A program made the translations under genes and the position numbers. From a virus (Duplodnaviria > Caudoviricetes), in IMG/VR virus record IMGVR_UViG_3300028048_000113, positions 24,561 through 88,560 of that record: 64,000 bases of DNA; one strand, written 5' to 3'. Under the pieces are notes generated by a model, which was given only the letters and a program-made list of their open reading frames with translations, was not told the origin of the DNA and did no database searches. This document shows positions 37,818 through 48,207 of the stretch, in pieces; the first letter of the stretch is position 1; each line of letters starts with the position of its first letter.

Positions 37818-39899
37818 ATGACAAAAAGAACTCCAAAAAGTACAGGTGTTGAAATAGTGGAGCGTGAACCTGTCTCAATGCCTATTGTTGAGGAAATTAC
37901 AAAGAACTTTGTTCTTTATGCTAAGGAAATCAACAAAAACAGAGCATTCCCTCATTTGCTTCCTGGTATTAAACCTATTCATGGTCATGCCTTATGGGCA
38001 ATGTGGGCAAATGGTAGAAAACATAACAAACCTTTTACCAAGTCAGCTAAAATTGCTGGTGAAGTAATGAGTTATTCACCTCACGCTGAGTGTTATGGCT
38101 CATTAGTATTGTTATGTCAGGACTTTACATATCATATTCCTTATATCACAGGTCGTGGTTCATTTGGATCTTTAACAGGTGGTCCTACTCCTGCTGCCTC
38201 AAGATATACAGAAATGAAGCTTAGTGAATTTATTGAAGATGTACTCTTCTATAACACAAAGCTTCTAGATATGGGTATGAACTATTTGGAAGAAGAACCT
38301 GAGCCTATTCTTAACACTTGGGTTGCACTTTTACCTTTGTTATTTATGACAAATACCTCAGGTATGGGATATACAGTTTCAAACTCTTGGTCCTCTGGTA
38401 ACCTTTTAGAGTTTAGAGAACAGTTACTTAATTATCTTAAGACAGGTAAAGTTGATTGTTCAAAGATTTATCCTGACTTCCCTAATGGTGGTATTATCAT
38501 CAATAAGTCAGAGATGAAAGAACTCTATGAAACAGGTAAAGGTACCATAAAGCTTAGAGGTAAGACTGAAATTGAAGGTGATACAATTAAGATTTATTCA
38601 CTTCCTTATCAGAAATATCCTGAGCAATTTATGGAAGATGTAAAGAAGCTTGTTACTACTTCACAAACAACTATCACTGACGTTGCAGATAGATGTGATG
38701 ATGAAGGTTTCTTAATTGAAATTGAATGTGAAGCAGGTACAGCTGAATATGTAAGAGAAGTTCTTTTTAGAAAAACTTGTCTTCAGGTAAATATTTCAGA
38801 TGAGCATAAAGCAGTTACAGCTGCTGGTAAGCCTGAACTTATCACATTCCCTGATTATATGAAGACTTTTGTTGATGCAAATATTGCTCTTGTTATTAAA
38901 GAAGCAGTTCTCAATCTTGAGGAAATCAATGAAAGAAAAGAATTAGTTGATGGTTTACTTAATGCTTTGGAAATTATTGATGAAATTATTAAGACAATTA
39001 AGAAGTCAAAGTCAATGGATGATGCAAAGACTGCTATCATGAAGATGCCTAAGTATAAGTTTACTGAAAAGCAAGCTGACTACATTGTACATACACCTCT
39101 TGGTAGATTAGCAAATCTTGAGCAGGTTAAACTTCAGGATGAGAAGAAGGATCTTGACAAGAGAAAAGCTGAGATGGAAGATCTTAGAGATAATCCTAAG
39201 TCTCAGAAAAAGTACTTCCTCAACAGATTTAACAAGTTAGTTGATAAGTATGGTTGGGAAAGAAAAACTGAAGTTATTGATGTTGAGATGCCAGATCTTA
39301 GAGTTGCAGTTGATAAGCCTGCTAAATTGGCTAGACCTAAGAAAGAATTTATGGTAGTTCTTACTGATACTGGTGCTCTTAAGAGAATTGAAGTCACTAA
39401 GTTCAGAGCAACTGGTGAAGACAATAAGAACATCAAGGTTCAGGGTAACCAGAAAGTCACATTGGTTACAAATAAAGGTAATATGTACAAAGTAATGTCA
39501 AATCAGATCAATTTGTGCATGCCTGCTGCAGCTGGTACTCCAATCAAGGATATTAGACCTGAAATCAGTGATGATGAAAAGGTTTTAGCTATCTATGATG
39601 AAGCAGTTACAATGCCTTATATTTACTTTGTTACTAAGAATGGTCTTGGTAAGTGTGGTAAAGTTAAGGATGTTGTTGGCTTGAGTAAGAAAGTTGGTGC
39701 AGTTGTTTGTGGTCTTAAGAGTGATGATGATGAAATCATTGCAATTAAGCTACTTGATGATAAGAACAAGGTAGAAATTATCACAGACAAGAGAAAAGAA
39801 GTAATTGTTCCTGGTAAGGCACAAGGTAGAAGCTCATCTGGTAAGAAGGTTATTAACCTTAAGAAGGGTGAGGAAATTATAGAGGTTCACTCAGTTTAA
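37818..39899 (+). CDS. Type IIA topoisomerase subunit A (GyrA/ParC-like, no GyrA box seen)
   Basis: GIKPIH, KSAKIAGEV, YSPHA, AASRYTE (catalytic Tyr), PDFPNGG, beta-pinwheel-like C-terminus. Confidence 0.92.
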   Translation: MTKRTPKSTGVEIVEREPVSMPIVEEITKNFVLYAKEINKNRAFPHLLPGIKPIHGHALWAMWANGRKHNKPFTKSAKIAGEVMSYSPHAECYGSLVLLCQDFTYHIPYITGRGSFGSLTGGPTPAASRYTEMKLSEFIEDVLFYNTKLLDMGMNYLEEEPEPILNTWVALLPLLFMTNTSGMGYTVSNSWSSGNLLEFREQLLNYLKTGKVDCSKIYPDFPNGGIIINKSEMKELYETGKGTIKLRGKTEIEGDTIKIYSLPYQKYPEQFMEDVKKLVTTSQTTITDVADRCDDEGFLIEIECEAGTAEYVREVLFRKTCLQVNISDEHKAVTAAGKPELITFPDYMKTFVDANIALVIKEAVLNLEEINERKELVDGLLNALEIIDEIIKTIKKSKSMDDAKTAIMKMPKYKFTEKQADYIVHTPLGRLANLEQVKLQDEKKDLDKRKAEMEDLRDNPKSQKKYFLNRFNKLVDKYGWERKTEVIDVEMPDLRVAVDKPAKLARPKKEFMVVLTDTGALKRIEVTKFRATGEDNKNIKVQGNQKVTLVTNKGNMYKVMSNQINLCMPAAAGTPIKDIRPEISDDEKVLAIYDEAVTMPYIYFVTKNGLGKCGKVKDVVGLSKKVGAVVCGLKSDDDEIIAIKLLDDKNKVEIITDKRKEVIVPGKAQGRSSSGKKVINLKKGEEIIEVHSV

Positions 39900-40174
39900 T
39901 AGTAGTGGCTCTAGTCAGTAAAATGGCTAGAGCCCATAAATTTAATAAAAATCTCAAAAAACAGAGATTTGTCACAGTTATTCGATAATAAATAATATTA
40001 AAGTATAATATCATGTTAACGCAGAAGAAACTCGCAGAGACAGATATAGAGAATTATAGACGTGTCAGTTGAAAGTCAGAGAGAGCATTCTGAAGCCTTC
40101 TGAGGATAACTAGAACATATTTACTATTAAGGGTAGTGAGCATATAATATTAGTATAAGGAGTTATATTAAAAA

Positions 40175-42112
40175 ATGGATTTGATGCAGAAAAATAGGGA
40201 CATGCTATTGGCAGGTCGCTATAACATTCAAGACACACGACAATTGTCAAAAATTGCCAGTCTTAAAAATCCAAATGATTATGACTTATATCTAATTGCT
40301 TGTGCTTTATGTAATTATGATATACCTGAAAAAGCTGAAGCTAGAGATCTACGAATGCAGCTTTTTATAAAAACTAATAATTCAGGAATTGATTACAGTC
40401 ATGATGATTCGGATTATGGAAAAATAGAAACCAAACTTAAATGTACCAATACAGGTAAGACGAATAAGTATGGTTTGTATGAATATGAAGTCAACGTAAA
40501 TGACAGAGATTTGGTAGCAGACCTTTGGGAATACAAAACGAAGGATTGCTTAAAGTATGTTGACAATAGATCATTTTCAGATAAGATTATTATTTCAATC
40601 GGAAAAACTCAATTGGAAAATTTCAAGGCTATGTTAAAGAAACTTGGCATTGCTTATGAAAATAAGGACATAAATGAAGGCATTATTTATACAAATAAAT
40701 CAACTCATAAGTTGATTGATATAAATACTCTAAACCTTCCTTTCACTCCTTATGACTTCCAAATTGAGGACGCTGAAAAGATACTTAAAACAAAGAGAGC
40801 ACTTCTTGGACATGAAATGGGTTGTGGTAAAACTCTTATCTCAATCCTTGTCGGTGAAAGCATAAAGATGCCTAAACTAGTTATTTGTCCTGAGTCTCTT
40901 AGATTAAATTGGGAAAAAGAAATCAGACAAGCAAGAGCAGATGCAGATGTTCAGATTCTTTATAGTAATGAGTCACCTCATTTTGGTAAAGATTGGACTA
41001 TCGTAGGTTATTTGACAGCAAGTAAGTTTTTACCTAACTTGAAATCATTCAAATGTATATTTGTTGATGAATGTCAGAACTGTAAAGCAGTAAATAACTG
41101 GGGAAAGCCAACAAGTAAAAGAGCAAATTCTGTAATTGATTTGGCTCAATCTGCTGAGTATTGTTATCTTTTATCCGGTACTCCACTTCCTTCTCATAAC
41201 AGAGACTTATTTAATATTCTCAAAATGTTAAAGTGTGAAAAGTTTGATTTTAATAATCAATGGGCATTCAAGCATTTTGCTGATAAGTTCTGTGATCCTA
41301 AGGAAACTCATTGGGGTAAAGATTATTCAGGTAATAGTAATTCTGAGGAACTTCATAAGGTACTCAGTGCTCTTATGACAAGAAGACTTAAGAAAGATGT
41401 ATTACCTAACCTAACAAAGCAACGTCAGTTTATTCCTATTGCACCTAAGTTTAAGAAAGACTACAAGGATATTGAAAAGAGATTATTTACACCTCAAGAT
41501 GGTGATACATATATGGCTCTTGCAATGACAGGTAGACAATTACTTAGTCAATATAAGTTAGATACTGCAATTGAATTAGCAGAGACTCTTTTGAATGCTG
41601 ATGAGAGTGTAGTTATTGTTACTAACTTTGTTGAAACAGCTGATAAGCTTATGGAACACTTTGGAGATCAGGCATGTGCTATTAGAGGTGGCATGACTGA
41701 TAAACAAAAAGAAAAGGCAAAAGAAGAATTCCAAAATAAAGAGAAAACAGTATGTGTATTAAATATGCAGGCTGGTGGTGTAGGTCATACCTTAACTGCC
41801 GCTCATGCAATGATTATAATTGATTATGCATGGATCCCATCTGAAATGATCCAGGTAGAGGACAGAATCTGTAGAACAGGTCAAGATGAACATTGTATGA
41901 TCTATTATGTATATTGTGTTAATGCTATATTTGATAATCTTTTTATTGATATGATTAGTAATAAGTCTGCAAATATTGATTTGGTCGTAGATAATGCTCA
42001 AAATACATTTGACTTAAGTTATGAAAAAGATAACTCTAAGACATTTATTGAAAATCTCAAGGAGTATATCAAGAATAACTCAACTGTCAAAAAGAAGCAA
42101 AAGACCATTTAA
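40175..42112 (+). CDS. SWI2/SNF2-family helicase/translocase
   Basis: HEMGCGKT, VICP, FVDECQ, LSGTP, RRLKKDV, GGVGHTL, QVEDRICRTGQ. Confidence 0.88.
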   Translation: MDLMQKNRDMLLAGRYNIQDTRQLSKIASLKNPNDYDLYLIACALCNYDIPEKAEARDLRMQLFIKTNNSGIDYSHDDSDYGKIETKLKCTNTGKTNKYGLYEYEVNVNDRDLVADLWEYKTKDCLKYVDNRSFSDKIIISIGKTQLENFKAMLKKLGIAYENKDINEGIIYTNKSTHKLIDINTLNLPFTPYDFQIEDAEKILKTKRALLGHEMGCGKTLISILVGESIKMPKLVICPESLRLNWEKEIRQARADADVQILYSNESPHFGKDWTIVGYLTASKFLPNLKSFKCIFVDECQNCKAVNNWGKPTSKRANSVIDLAQSAEYCYLLSGTPLPSHNRDLFNILKMLKCEKFDFNNQWAFKHFADKFCDPKETHWGKDYSGNSNSEELHKVLSALMTRRLKKDVLPNLTKQRQFIPIAPKFKKDYKDIEKRLFTPQDGDTYMALAMTGRQLLSQYKLDTAIELAETLLNADESVVIVTNFVETADKLMEHFGDQACAIRGGMTDKQKEKAKEEFQNKEKTVCVLNMQAGGVGHTLTAAHAMIIIDYAWIPSEMIQVEDRICRTGQDEHCMIYYVYCVNAIFDNLFIDMISNKSANIDLVVDNAQNTFDLSYEKDNSKTFIENLKEYIKNNSTVKKKQKTI

Positions 42113-42133
42113 CTATAAAAGGAGAATGGACTT

Positions 42134-43189
42134 ATGGATGATAAAGAAAAATTAGAAAATGAAGCTATAGACACTGAGTTTGTAGAATCAGATTCTAATG
42201 TAGATAATGAAAAAATAGGTAAAGATAGTGAAGGTCTCGATACTCCAAAGGTCGAGACCAAACCTGTTAAGAAAAAAGTAATGACAGCTAAATCATTTGC
42301 AGCTATTATCATTGCTATTATTATTGCTGGTGGTGCTATTGGATATTCTATATATGAATACAATAGAGCAAAAGCCGGAGTAGATGCTGTTATGAGTCAT
42401 AATTATGAATCAAATGGAACTACCGGGACCTCAACATCTGAAGTTACTTCATCTTCATTGAGTGATGAAGATCTTTGGGAAAGTTATGTTACAGATAGAG
42501 AAGCTGATAATGGCATAACTGGAACTACTAGAATAGTTCATGGTGAATATGGTGATTATGCAGTTGATGAAGCTGGTCGTGAATGGGAATTAGAAGAAGG
42601 AATAAATGATCCAGAAAATAATGCAATGGCAACAATGGATACTGAGGAAACTTTAGCTCCTATCTCATTTAATCCTCAAAAAGATGTTAATGCAGATAGT
42701 AGTCTTATTGGAATTTCAACAATTTCAGTTGATGGTATTATTTTAGACTTTCCTGTAGACTACAATACAGTTAGTTCTAAATTTACATTGATTAGAGATG
42801 AAAATGAATCAGTTGATGCCATTGATCCTGATGAAATTATAAATGATGAAATCTCTTTAATGTATAAATCAAAAACAGGAACTGGAAATGTTTGGTTTAC
42901 ATTTAGTTCTGAAGGTGCATCTAAGAAATTAAGTGAATGTAAGTTAGTTAAAATGGAAATAACTAGTATCATTCATGGTACACCTACTAATCATAATATG
43001 TCAATTGCATTAGGTGGTGGAGTAAATTTTGGTGATGATTATGACACAATAAAATCAAAATTTCCTGATGTACCTGTAGATCACTTAAATAAATATCCAG
43101 CTTTTATGTTAATCTATGAAAAAGATGGATATAAATATTATTTCTTTGGAGATAATAACGGCTTAACACAAGTCACAATAGAATTCTAA
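42134..43189 (+). CDS. Membrane-anchored surface protein with Ser/Thr-rich linker
   Basis: One TM helix (FAAIIIAIIIAGGAIG), GTTGTSTSEVTSSS linker, globular C-domain. Confidence 0.6.
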   Translation: MDDKEKLENEAIDTEFVESDSNVDNEKIGKDSEGLDTPKVETKPVKKKVMTAKSFAAIIIAIIIAGGAIGYSIYEYNRAKAGVDAVMSHNYESNGTTGTSTSEVTSSSLSDEDLWESYVTDREADNGITGTTRIVHGEYGDYAVDEAGREWELEEGINDPENNAMATMDTEETLAPISFNPQKDVNADSSLIGISTISVDGIILDFPVDYNTVSSKFTLIRDENESVDAIDPDEIINDEISLMYKSKTGTGNVWFTFSSEGASKKLSECKLVKMEITSIIHGTPTNHNMSIALGGGVNFGDDYDTIKSKFPDVPVDHLNKYPAFMLIYEKDGYKYYFFGDNNGLTQVTIEF

Positions 43190-43202
43190 AAAGGAGGGAG
43201 AC

Positions 43203-44510
43203 ATGAAAAGACTATTAAGAATTTTAGCTGTAATTGCTGTTGTCTTAGGTGTGTTATACATGTGTGGCTATAACCTCACATCTATAAAACATTCATGGGA
43301 AATTCAGGCTCCTGAGAAAGTTTTTAGTCCTTTAAAAGAAGCAATCCCTTCTGCAGTACAGAATCTTGGAACTCCAAATGATAATAACACTGATCCAACT
43401 ATTGTCACAGGAACAGATGATGTTAATTGGACTATTCCAACAAACAATGATCCTTTATTTAATCCCAGTAAAAATACTGATGAAACAATTAGTATTGCAA
43501 CTAGTGAACAAAATGGTGGATCTGGTAATGGTGGATCCGGTAGTATTGGTGCAAGTAATGAAATCAATATTACTAATAAGAATGGTGGAACTGGTGAAAC
43601 TGAGAAACTTGATGTTACATTGTCTAGAGACATCACAGTTAATATCAATGGTAAAGAAGTAAATCTTAAGACACAAACCTCTATTTCATTTGTTAAATGG
43701 TTAGCAAATAATTATAAAGATGGTAGTGATGTTAGTTACTATGATAAGGATGGAAATCCTATTGGAGAAACAACAACCACTGAGACAATAGAGGCAACCA
43801 CAGAAACATCAGAAACTACAGAAACCTCAGTAACTGAAACTACAAAGGAAACTCCTTCAGTCAATCCTAAATTGATTGATGATGTACAAGTTAGTTATGA
43901 TGATCAGCTTTCTGATTATGCACATCTTGTAGTATTAATTGCAGATATTGAAGTAGTTGATGAATTACCAGATTATAACACTTTACCTAAATATAATAGA
44001 GATACTTTTGAAAAGCCAGTAAAGAGTTATATTTTAGGCGGACTTAAGATAAATAGAAATAATTATTCTTGGCGTACAAGTCCTTTCTTTAATCAGAAAG
44101 ATTTTACTTTTACTTGTCCTTATACTGGAAAAGTAATTACTGACACAGATGATAAGAAACAAGACAATGACTTTGGTACTCTTGATTATGACCATATTGT
44201 ACCTCTCAAATCAGCATATATTAGAGGTGCTAGTGAATGGTCAAAGGATAAGCAAAATGAATATGCTTATGACCAGTGGGTTGGTGTAGATGTTCTCAAC
44301 TCAGCAAATAGAAGTAAAGCTGATAAAGGACCTCTTGAATACTTACCTGAAAAGAATATTGAAGACTATTGCTATTCTTGGTTACTTATTTGTAGTAAGT
44401 ATGATTTAAAGATGACACAAGCAGAGATTGATCTTTGTAAGAAATATATCGAGAATGCTCTTAATAGTGGTGAACCTGTAACTCACTTAGGTGGACACTA
44501 TGATGGCTAA
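43203..44510 (+). CDS. Exported/anchored protein with C-terminal DUF1524-type HNH nuclease
   Basis: Signal/TM helix, Thr/Glu-rich linker, CPYTG, YDHIVPL, GASEW, NSANRSKAD, YCYSW. Confidence 0.72.
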   Translation: MKRLLRILAVIAVVLGVLYMCGYNLTSIKHSWEIQAPEKVFSPLKEAIPSAVQNLGTPNDNNTDPTIVTGTDDVNWTIPTNNDPLFNPSKNTDETISIATSEQNGGSGNGGSGSIGASNEINITNKNGGTGETEKLDVTLSRDITVNINGKEVNLKTQTSISFVKWLANNYKDGSDVSYYDKDGNPIGETTTTETIEATTETSETTETSVTETTKETPSVNPKLIDDVQVSYDDQLSDYAHLVVLIADIEVVDELPDYNTLPKYNRDTFEKPVKSYILGGLKINRNNYSWRTSPFFNQKDFTFTCPYTGKVITDTDDKKQDNDFGTLDYDHIVPLKSAYIRGASEWSKDKQNEYAYDQWVGVDVLNSANRSKADKGPLEYLPEKNIEDYCYSWLLICSKYDLKMTQAEIDLCKKYIENALNSGEPVTHLGGHYDG

Positions 44511-44590
44511 AATTGTATCATTATTTTTATTTACTTATTGAAATAATGACTATATAATATTATTATAAACTTTTTAAAGGAGATTTTTAA

Positions 44591-44743
44591 ATGCAAGGAA
44601 GAAAGCCAACGAGATATGAATGGCCTATACTTGAAGCAAACAACCTTAACACAAAAGAATGGCTAGTGCAGAAGAATGCTAATGATTATATGCAATTAGT
44701 CAACAAGAAAACTAAAAAAGAAATAATAATAAATAAGGAATAG
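44591..44743 (+). CDS. 50-aa small phage protein (not in ORF track)
   Basis: MQGRKPTRYE...EWLVQK; RBS AAAGGAG; behind promoter 44530-44558. Confidence 0.55.
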   Translation: MQGRKPTRYEWPILEANNLNTKEWLVQKNANDYMQLVNKKTKKEIIINKE

Positions 44744-44789
44744 TCTTTATGACTATTCTTTATTTTAATAAAAGGAAAGGAACTGATAT

Positions 44790-46112
44790 ATGAACATTAT
44801 TTTAAGTGGTCCAGATGCATGCGGAAAGACAACTCTCGGTGAAAAACTTAAGGCAAAGTATAACATGCCTATTATTCATTCCACAGCAACTACAAGAAAT
44901 ACGTTAGAGTATCATTTGGATTTGATTGACTATCATGATAATACTATCTTTGATAGATTTTCAGTCGGTGAAATGATTTTTCCTAAGATTTATGGAAGAC
45001 CTGCAATGCTTACTGAGGAAGAGTTTTTTAAGACTCTTAGAAGAGTAGAAGACAATAATGACATGTATATTATCTTTACATGTTCAGATGTTGAAATTCT
45101 TAAGCAGAGATTGATTGAACGTGGTGAGGAAGATTACCTTGCTGAAATCGTACAGCAATGTGAGTTATACAATGAAGTAGCTATGAAGATGGCTAACTTC
45201 TTTGGTAATTATAAGAATTTTTATGCTATTGACATTGCAGAACCTCATGCATATGACAGACTTGATAAATGGATTGATGAACATTATGGAAAGATTACAC
45301 CTAATGTAGCATACAAGAAATTAGCAAATGACCTTTTGGATTATGGACATCCTATTCCTTCTAGTAACCCTCGTGGTACTACAAAGGAACTTACTGATTA
45401 TTCATTCACTATTGATGATTTGGATGTCAATGAATGCATTACACTTAAGTCAGGCGGTACAAATCTCACTTATGTAGCAGCAGAGATTCTTTGGTACTGG
45501 TCATCTAGAAATGATCTTGCTTTTATTAACAAGTTCTCATCTTTCTGGAATAAGGTAACTGATGATGGTGTAACTGCCAACTCAGCTTATGGTTATATTC
45601 TTCAGCAAAAGCATGGTTTTAACCAGATTGAGAAGATCATTGAATTGTTACAGAAGGATCCTTTTTCAAGAAGAGCAGTTCTTAACATCAATGTACCTAA
45701 TGAAAAGGTTATTGAGACTCATGATGAAATGTGTACAATTTGTTTAAACTATCAGATTAGAGATGGTGTTCTTGATTGTAACTGTGTAATGAGATCTAAT
45801 GACTTTAACTTTGGTCTTAGAAATGACATTGCATACTTCATCTATCTCCAGAAGTACATTGCAGATAGACTTGGAGTTGGTTATGGTAAGTACACACATT
45901 ATGCATTCTCAATGCATATGTATGACAGAGACTTTAAGTTCTGTAAGAAGGTTGCTTATGGTGACATGGAAACATCAGATGAAAGACTTGATGTAAGAAA
46001 GCTTATTGACAATAAGGATACTCTTATTGACTGGATTGATAATAAATTTACATCAAAGGAAGACTTTACTCAGATGCTTAAGGATATGAATATCATTTAT
46101 CCAGCAAAGTAA
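44790..46112 (+). CDS. Fusion: dNMP kinase + dCMP hydroxymethylase (thymidylate synthase fold)
   Basis: N-part GPDACGKTT and FDRF (NMP kinase). C-part DEMCT..QIRDG..MRSNDFNFGLRND has Asp at the pyrimidine-specificity position, as in T4 gp42. Confidence 0.8.
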   Translation: MNIILSGPDACGKTTLGEKLKAKYNMPIIHSTATTRNTLEYHLDLIDYHDNTIFDRFSVGEMIFPKIYGRPAMLTEEEFFKTLRRVEDNNDMYIIFTCSDVEILKQRLIERGEEDYLAEIVQQCELYNEVAMKMANFFGNYKNFYAIDIAEPHAYDRLDKWIDEHYGKITPNVAYKKLANDLLDYGHPIPSSNPRGTTKELTDYSFTIDDLDVNECITLKSGGTNLTYVAAEILWYWSSRNDLAFINKFSSFWNKVTDDGVTANSAYGYILQQKHGFNQIEKIIELLQKDPFSRRAVLNINVPNEKVIETHDEMCTICLNYQIRDGVLDCNCVMRSNDFNFGLRNDIAYFIYLQKYIADRLGVGYGKYTHYAFSMHMYDRDFKFCKKVAYGDMETSDERLDVRKLIDNKDTLIDWIDNKFTSKEDFTQMLKDMNIIYPAK

Positions 46113-46139
46113 AGATAAATAAAAAATAATTAACAATTG

Positions 46140-46169
46140 AATACTCAGCCTAGAATGGCTGAGTATTTT
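46140..46169 (+). terminator. Intrinsic terminator
   Basis: AATACTCAGCC/GGCTGAGTATT stem followed by TTT. Confidence 0.7.
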
Positions 46170-46190
46170 TAATAAATGGGGAAATAGAAT

Positions 46191-46562
46191 ATGAAAAAGT
46201 TAATTACGATTTTGTTATGTGTAGGAATGATAGGTATATGCTCCTGTAATCTTATTCAGAAGACAGAAACTATGCCTGAGCAGCCAACCTTTACTTCTAG
46301 AGTTAGAATGACTACAACAAAAGCCACAACTAAAATGACTACAATTATGACAACTACCGAAGAAACAACTTCTTCTGAGGAGACAACTGAGGAGACTACA
46401 GAAACAACAAAAGCAACTCCTAAGAATGTATATGTAGCCAAAGGTGGTAAGTATCATTATAATAAGAAGTGTAAGGATCTTAAGAAGAAAAAGTACAGTA
46501 CAATGACCTATGAGAAGGCCATAAAAGCTGGATATAAGCCTTGTACAAAATGCGTTAAATAA
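46191..46562 (+). CDS. Lipoprotein-like protein with Thr-rich linker and small metal-binding C-domain
   Basis: Signal with Cys (GICSC), Thr/Glu tract, YVAKGGKYH..C..AIKAGYKPCTKC. Confidence 0.65.
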   Translation: MKKLITILLCVGMIGICSCNLIQKTETMPEQPTFTSRVRMTTTKATTKMTTIMTTTEETTSSEETTEETTETTKATPKNVYVAKGGKYHYNKKCKDLKKKKYSTMTYEKAIKAGYKPCTKCVK

Positions 46563-46648
46563 TAGACTATTTAATAATAATAGTGGAATGTGAACAATAC
46601 CTGATCTTTTTGGTCAGGTATTTTTATTATAAGATTAAGGAGACAATT

Positions 46649-47131
46649 ATGATTACTATTAGTAGTATTGAACCTATGCCTTTAGATAAATTTGATGTAT
46701 ATAAAAAATATACCGAAGCAAAAAATGTTGATTGTTATTGGGTATATACTGAAGATGAAAATGATTTATGGACTTCAGGCGCTACTAAACAAGATAGAAT
46801 AAATGATCCACAAATGTTATTATCATATAGAGATGGTGAATTATGTGAAGGTAGTGTAGCAAATAATGGAGATGTTATTCCTATTCTTCATCTTAATGTT
46901 ATAAATGATCCTGTAGCGGATATATTTCTTAGTAATATAGGTAATACGGTGGAATTTGCAGACATAACTTGGACAGTGTGTGCTAGAAATACTTTAATTG
47001 CAAATGAATCTATTGGCACCTCTATTTATAATACTGTAGAAAAATATATTAAATATGAAGGTAGTGTCCTAGAAAAATTTTTAAATTCTTGGCTAGATCA
47101 GCATAGAAATAATAAAATTATATTTACATAA
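46649..47131 (+). CDS. Hypothetical protein
   Basis: Start moved to ATG 46649 behind AAGGAG; the longer track start overlaps terminator 46596-46626. Confidence 0.55.
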   Translation: MITISSIEPMPLDKFDVYKKYTEAKNVDCYWVYTEDENDLWTSGATKQDRINDPQMLLSYRDGELCEGSVANNGDVIPILHLNVINDPVADIFLSNIGNTVEFADITWTVCARNTLIANESIGTSIYNTVEKYIKYEGSVLEKFLNSWLDQHRNNKIIFT

Positions 47132-47143
47132 AGGAGAAAAACT

Positions 47144-47569
47144 ATGAGAAAAATAATAACAGGTTTCTTAATAATTATTTTAATTCTATGTTCATGCGGA
47201 TGTGCTGATAAATCAAAATTAGAAAATTATGTTACTAATTATGATGAAGTAGTAACTTTATTAAGAGATAGTTTTAATGATAATAAAATAATTATTACGG
47301 ATTGGAAATTAGATAAAACTCAAAAAGAAGCAGGAATGCAAAAAGTAATAGATCAAAATGAACAATCATTAAAACAATTTGGTAATGGCACTTGGTATTT
47401 ATCTGTAAATGGTATTCAAGTAACTGTATTTGTTAGAAATCATATTGCAGAGATGATTACTTATTATGATGGTTCCTATTATAATACTAAATATACTAAA
47501 ACTTATGAAGATAATAGACCAAAAATTGACATAGTTGCTACAGAAGCATCTGATGTTTTTAAAGGATAA
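47144..47569 (+). CDS. Putative lipoprotein
   Basis: MRK + hydrophobic stretch + CSCGC lipobox-like. Confidence 0.55.
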   Translation: MRKIITGFLIIILILCSCGCADKSKLENYVTNYDEVVTLLRDSFNDNKIIITDWKLDKTQKEAGMQKVIDQNEQSLKQFGNGTWYLSVNGIQVTVFVRNHIAEMITYYDGSYYNTKYTKTYEDNRPKIDIVATEASDVFKG

Positions 47570-47579
47570 GGAGAAAGTT

Positions 47580-47828
47580 ATGACACCAGATTTTGTAGAC
47601 GATAGATTAAATAAAGATATGCAAGAAATTAGAAAAATTATGAAAAGTGATGGCACAAATCCAATATTCAAGGTAGAATTTAGAAGAAATTCAAATAATG
47701 ATATAGTAATGGTGGTAACAGCTGAAACTAATACTATGCCACCACAGAAATATTTTTGTACAACCGTAAATCAATTTGGAGAGTCTTTTGTTAATTATAT
47801 TAAAGACACTGCTAATTGGGTATTATAA
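47580..47828 (+). CDS. Hypothetical protein
   Basis: RBS AAGGAG before ATG 47580. Confidence 0.55.
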   Translation: MTPDFVDDRLNKDMQEIRKIMKSDGTNPIFKVEFRRNSNNDIVMVVTAETNTMPPQKYFCTTVNQFGESFVNYIKDTANWVL

Positions 47829-47839
47829 GGAGAAACATT

Positions 47840-48196
47840 ATGTGGTACAACTGCTTAGTAAAAATGGATGTTTATGACATGTTTAAACAAGGTGGAAATG
47901 ATCTAGAAGCTGAGGTAAAAAAGGCTCTTTGTAGTGTTATTAATGCCACTAGTTTTAGTTCTTTTGTTGATTATTGTAATACAGATGAATTAGATGATGA
48001 TACTTATGATAAAATAAGTAAATTAGAACTTGATGAACTTGAACCTAATAGTATGTTCTTTAGTACAGTTACTGTTGAGGAAAGTGAACTTTGTGTAAAT
48101 TGGGGAGAATCTGATGATGATTCTACTTTAGTATATGAAGTACCAGTTAGCATAAATGTTGAGAAAGTATTAAAAATTTATAGTGATGAAACATAA
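47840..48196 (+). CDS. Acidic hypothetical protein
   Basis: RBS AAGGAG before ATG 47840. Confidence 0.55.
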   Translation: MWYNCLVKMDVYDMFKQGGNDLEAEVKKALCSVINATSFSSFVDYCNTDELDDDTYDKISKLELDELEPNSMFFSTVTVEESELCVNWGESDDDSTLVYEVPVSINVEKVLKIYSDET

Positions 48197-48207
48197 GGAG
48201 AGCATAT

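Noticed and set aside
40175-42112. DECQ instead of DEAH/DESH in the SNF2 Walker B
   Set aside because: DExQ-type variants occur in active phage SNF2-like helicases and all other motifs are intact.
44790-46112. Ordinary thymidylate synthase ThyA
   Set aside because: It lacks the PCH and PFN signature; Asp at the specificity position points to a dCMP substrate.
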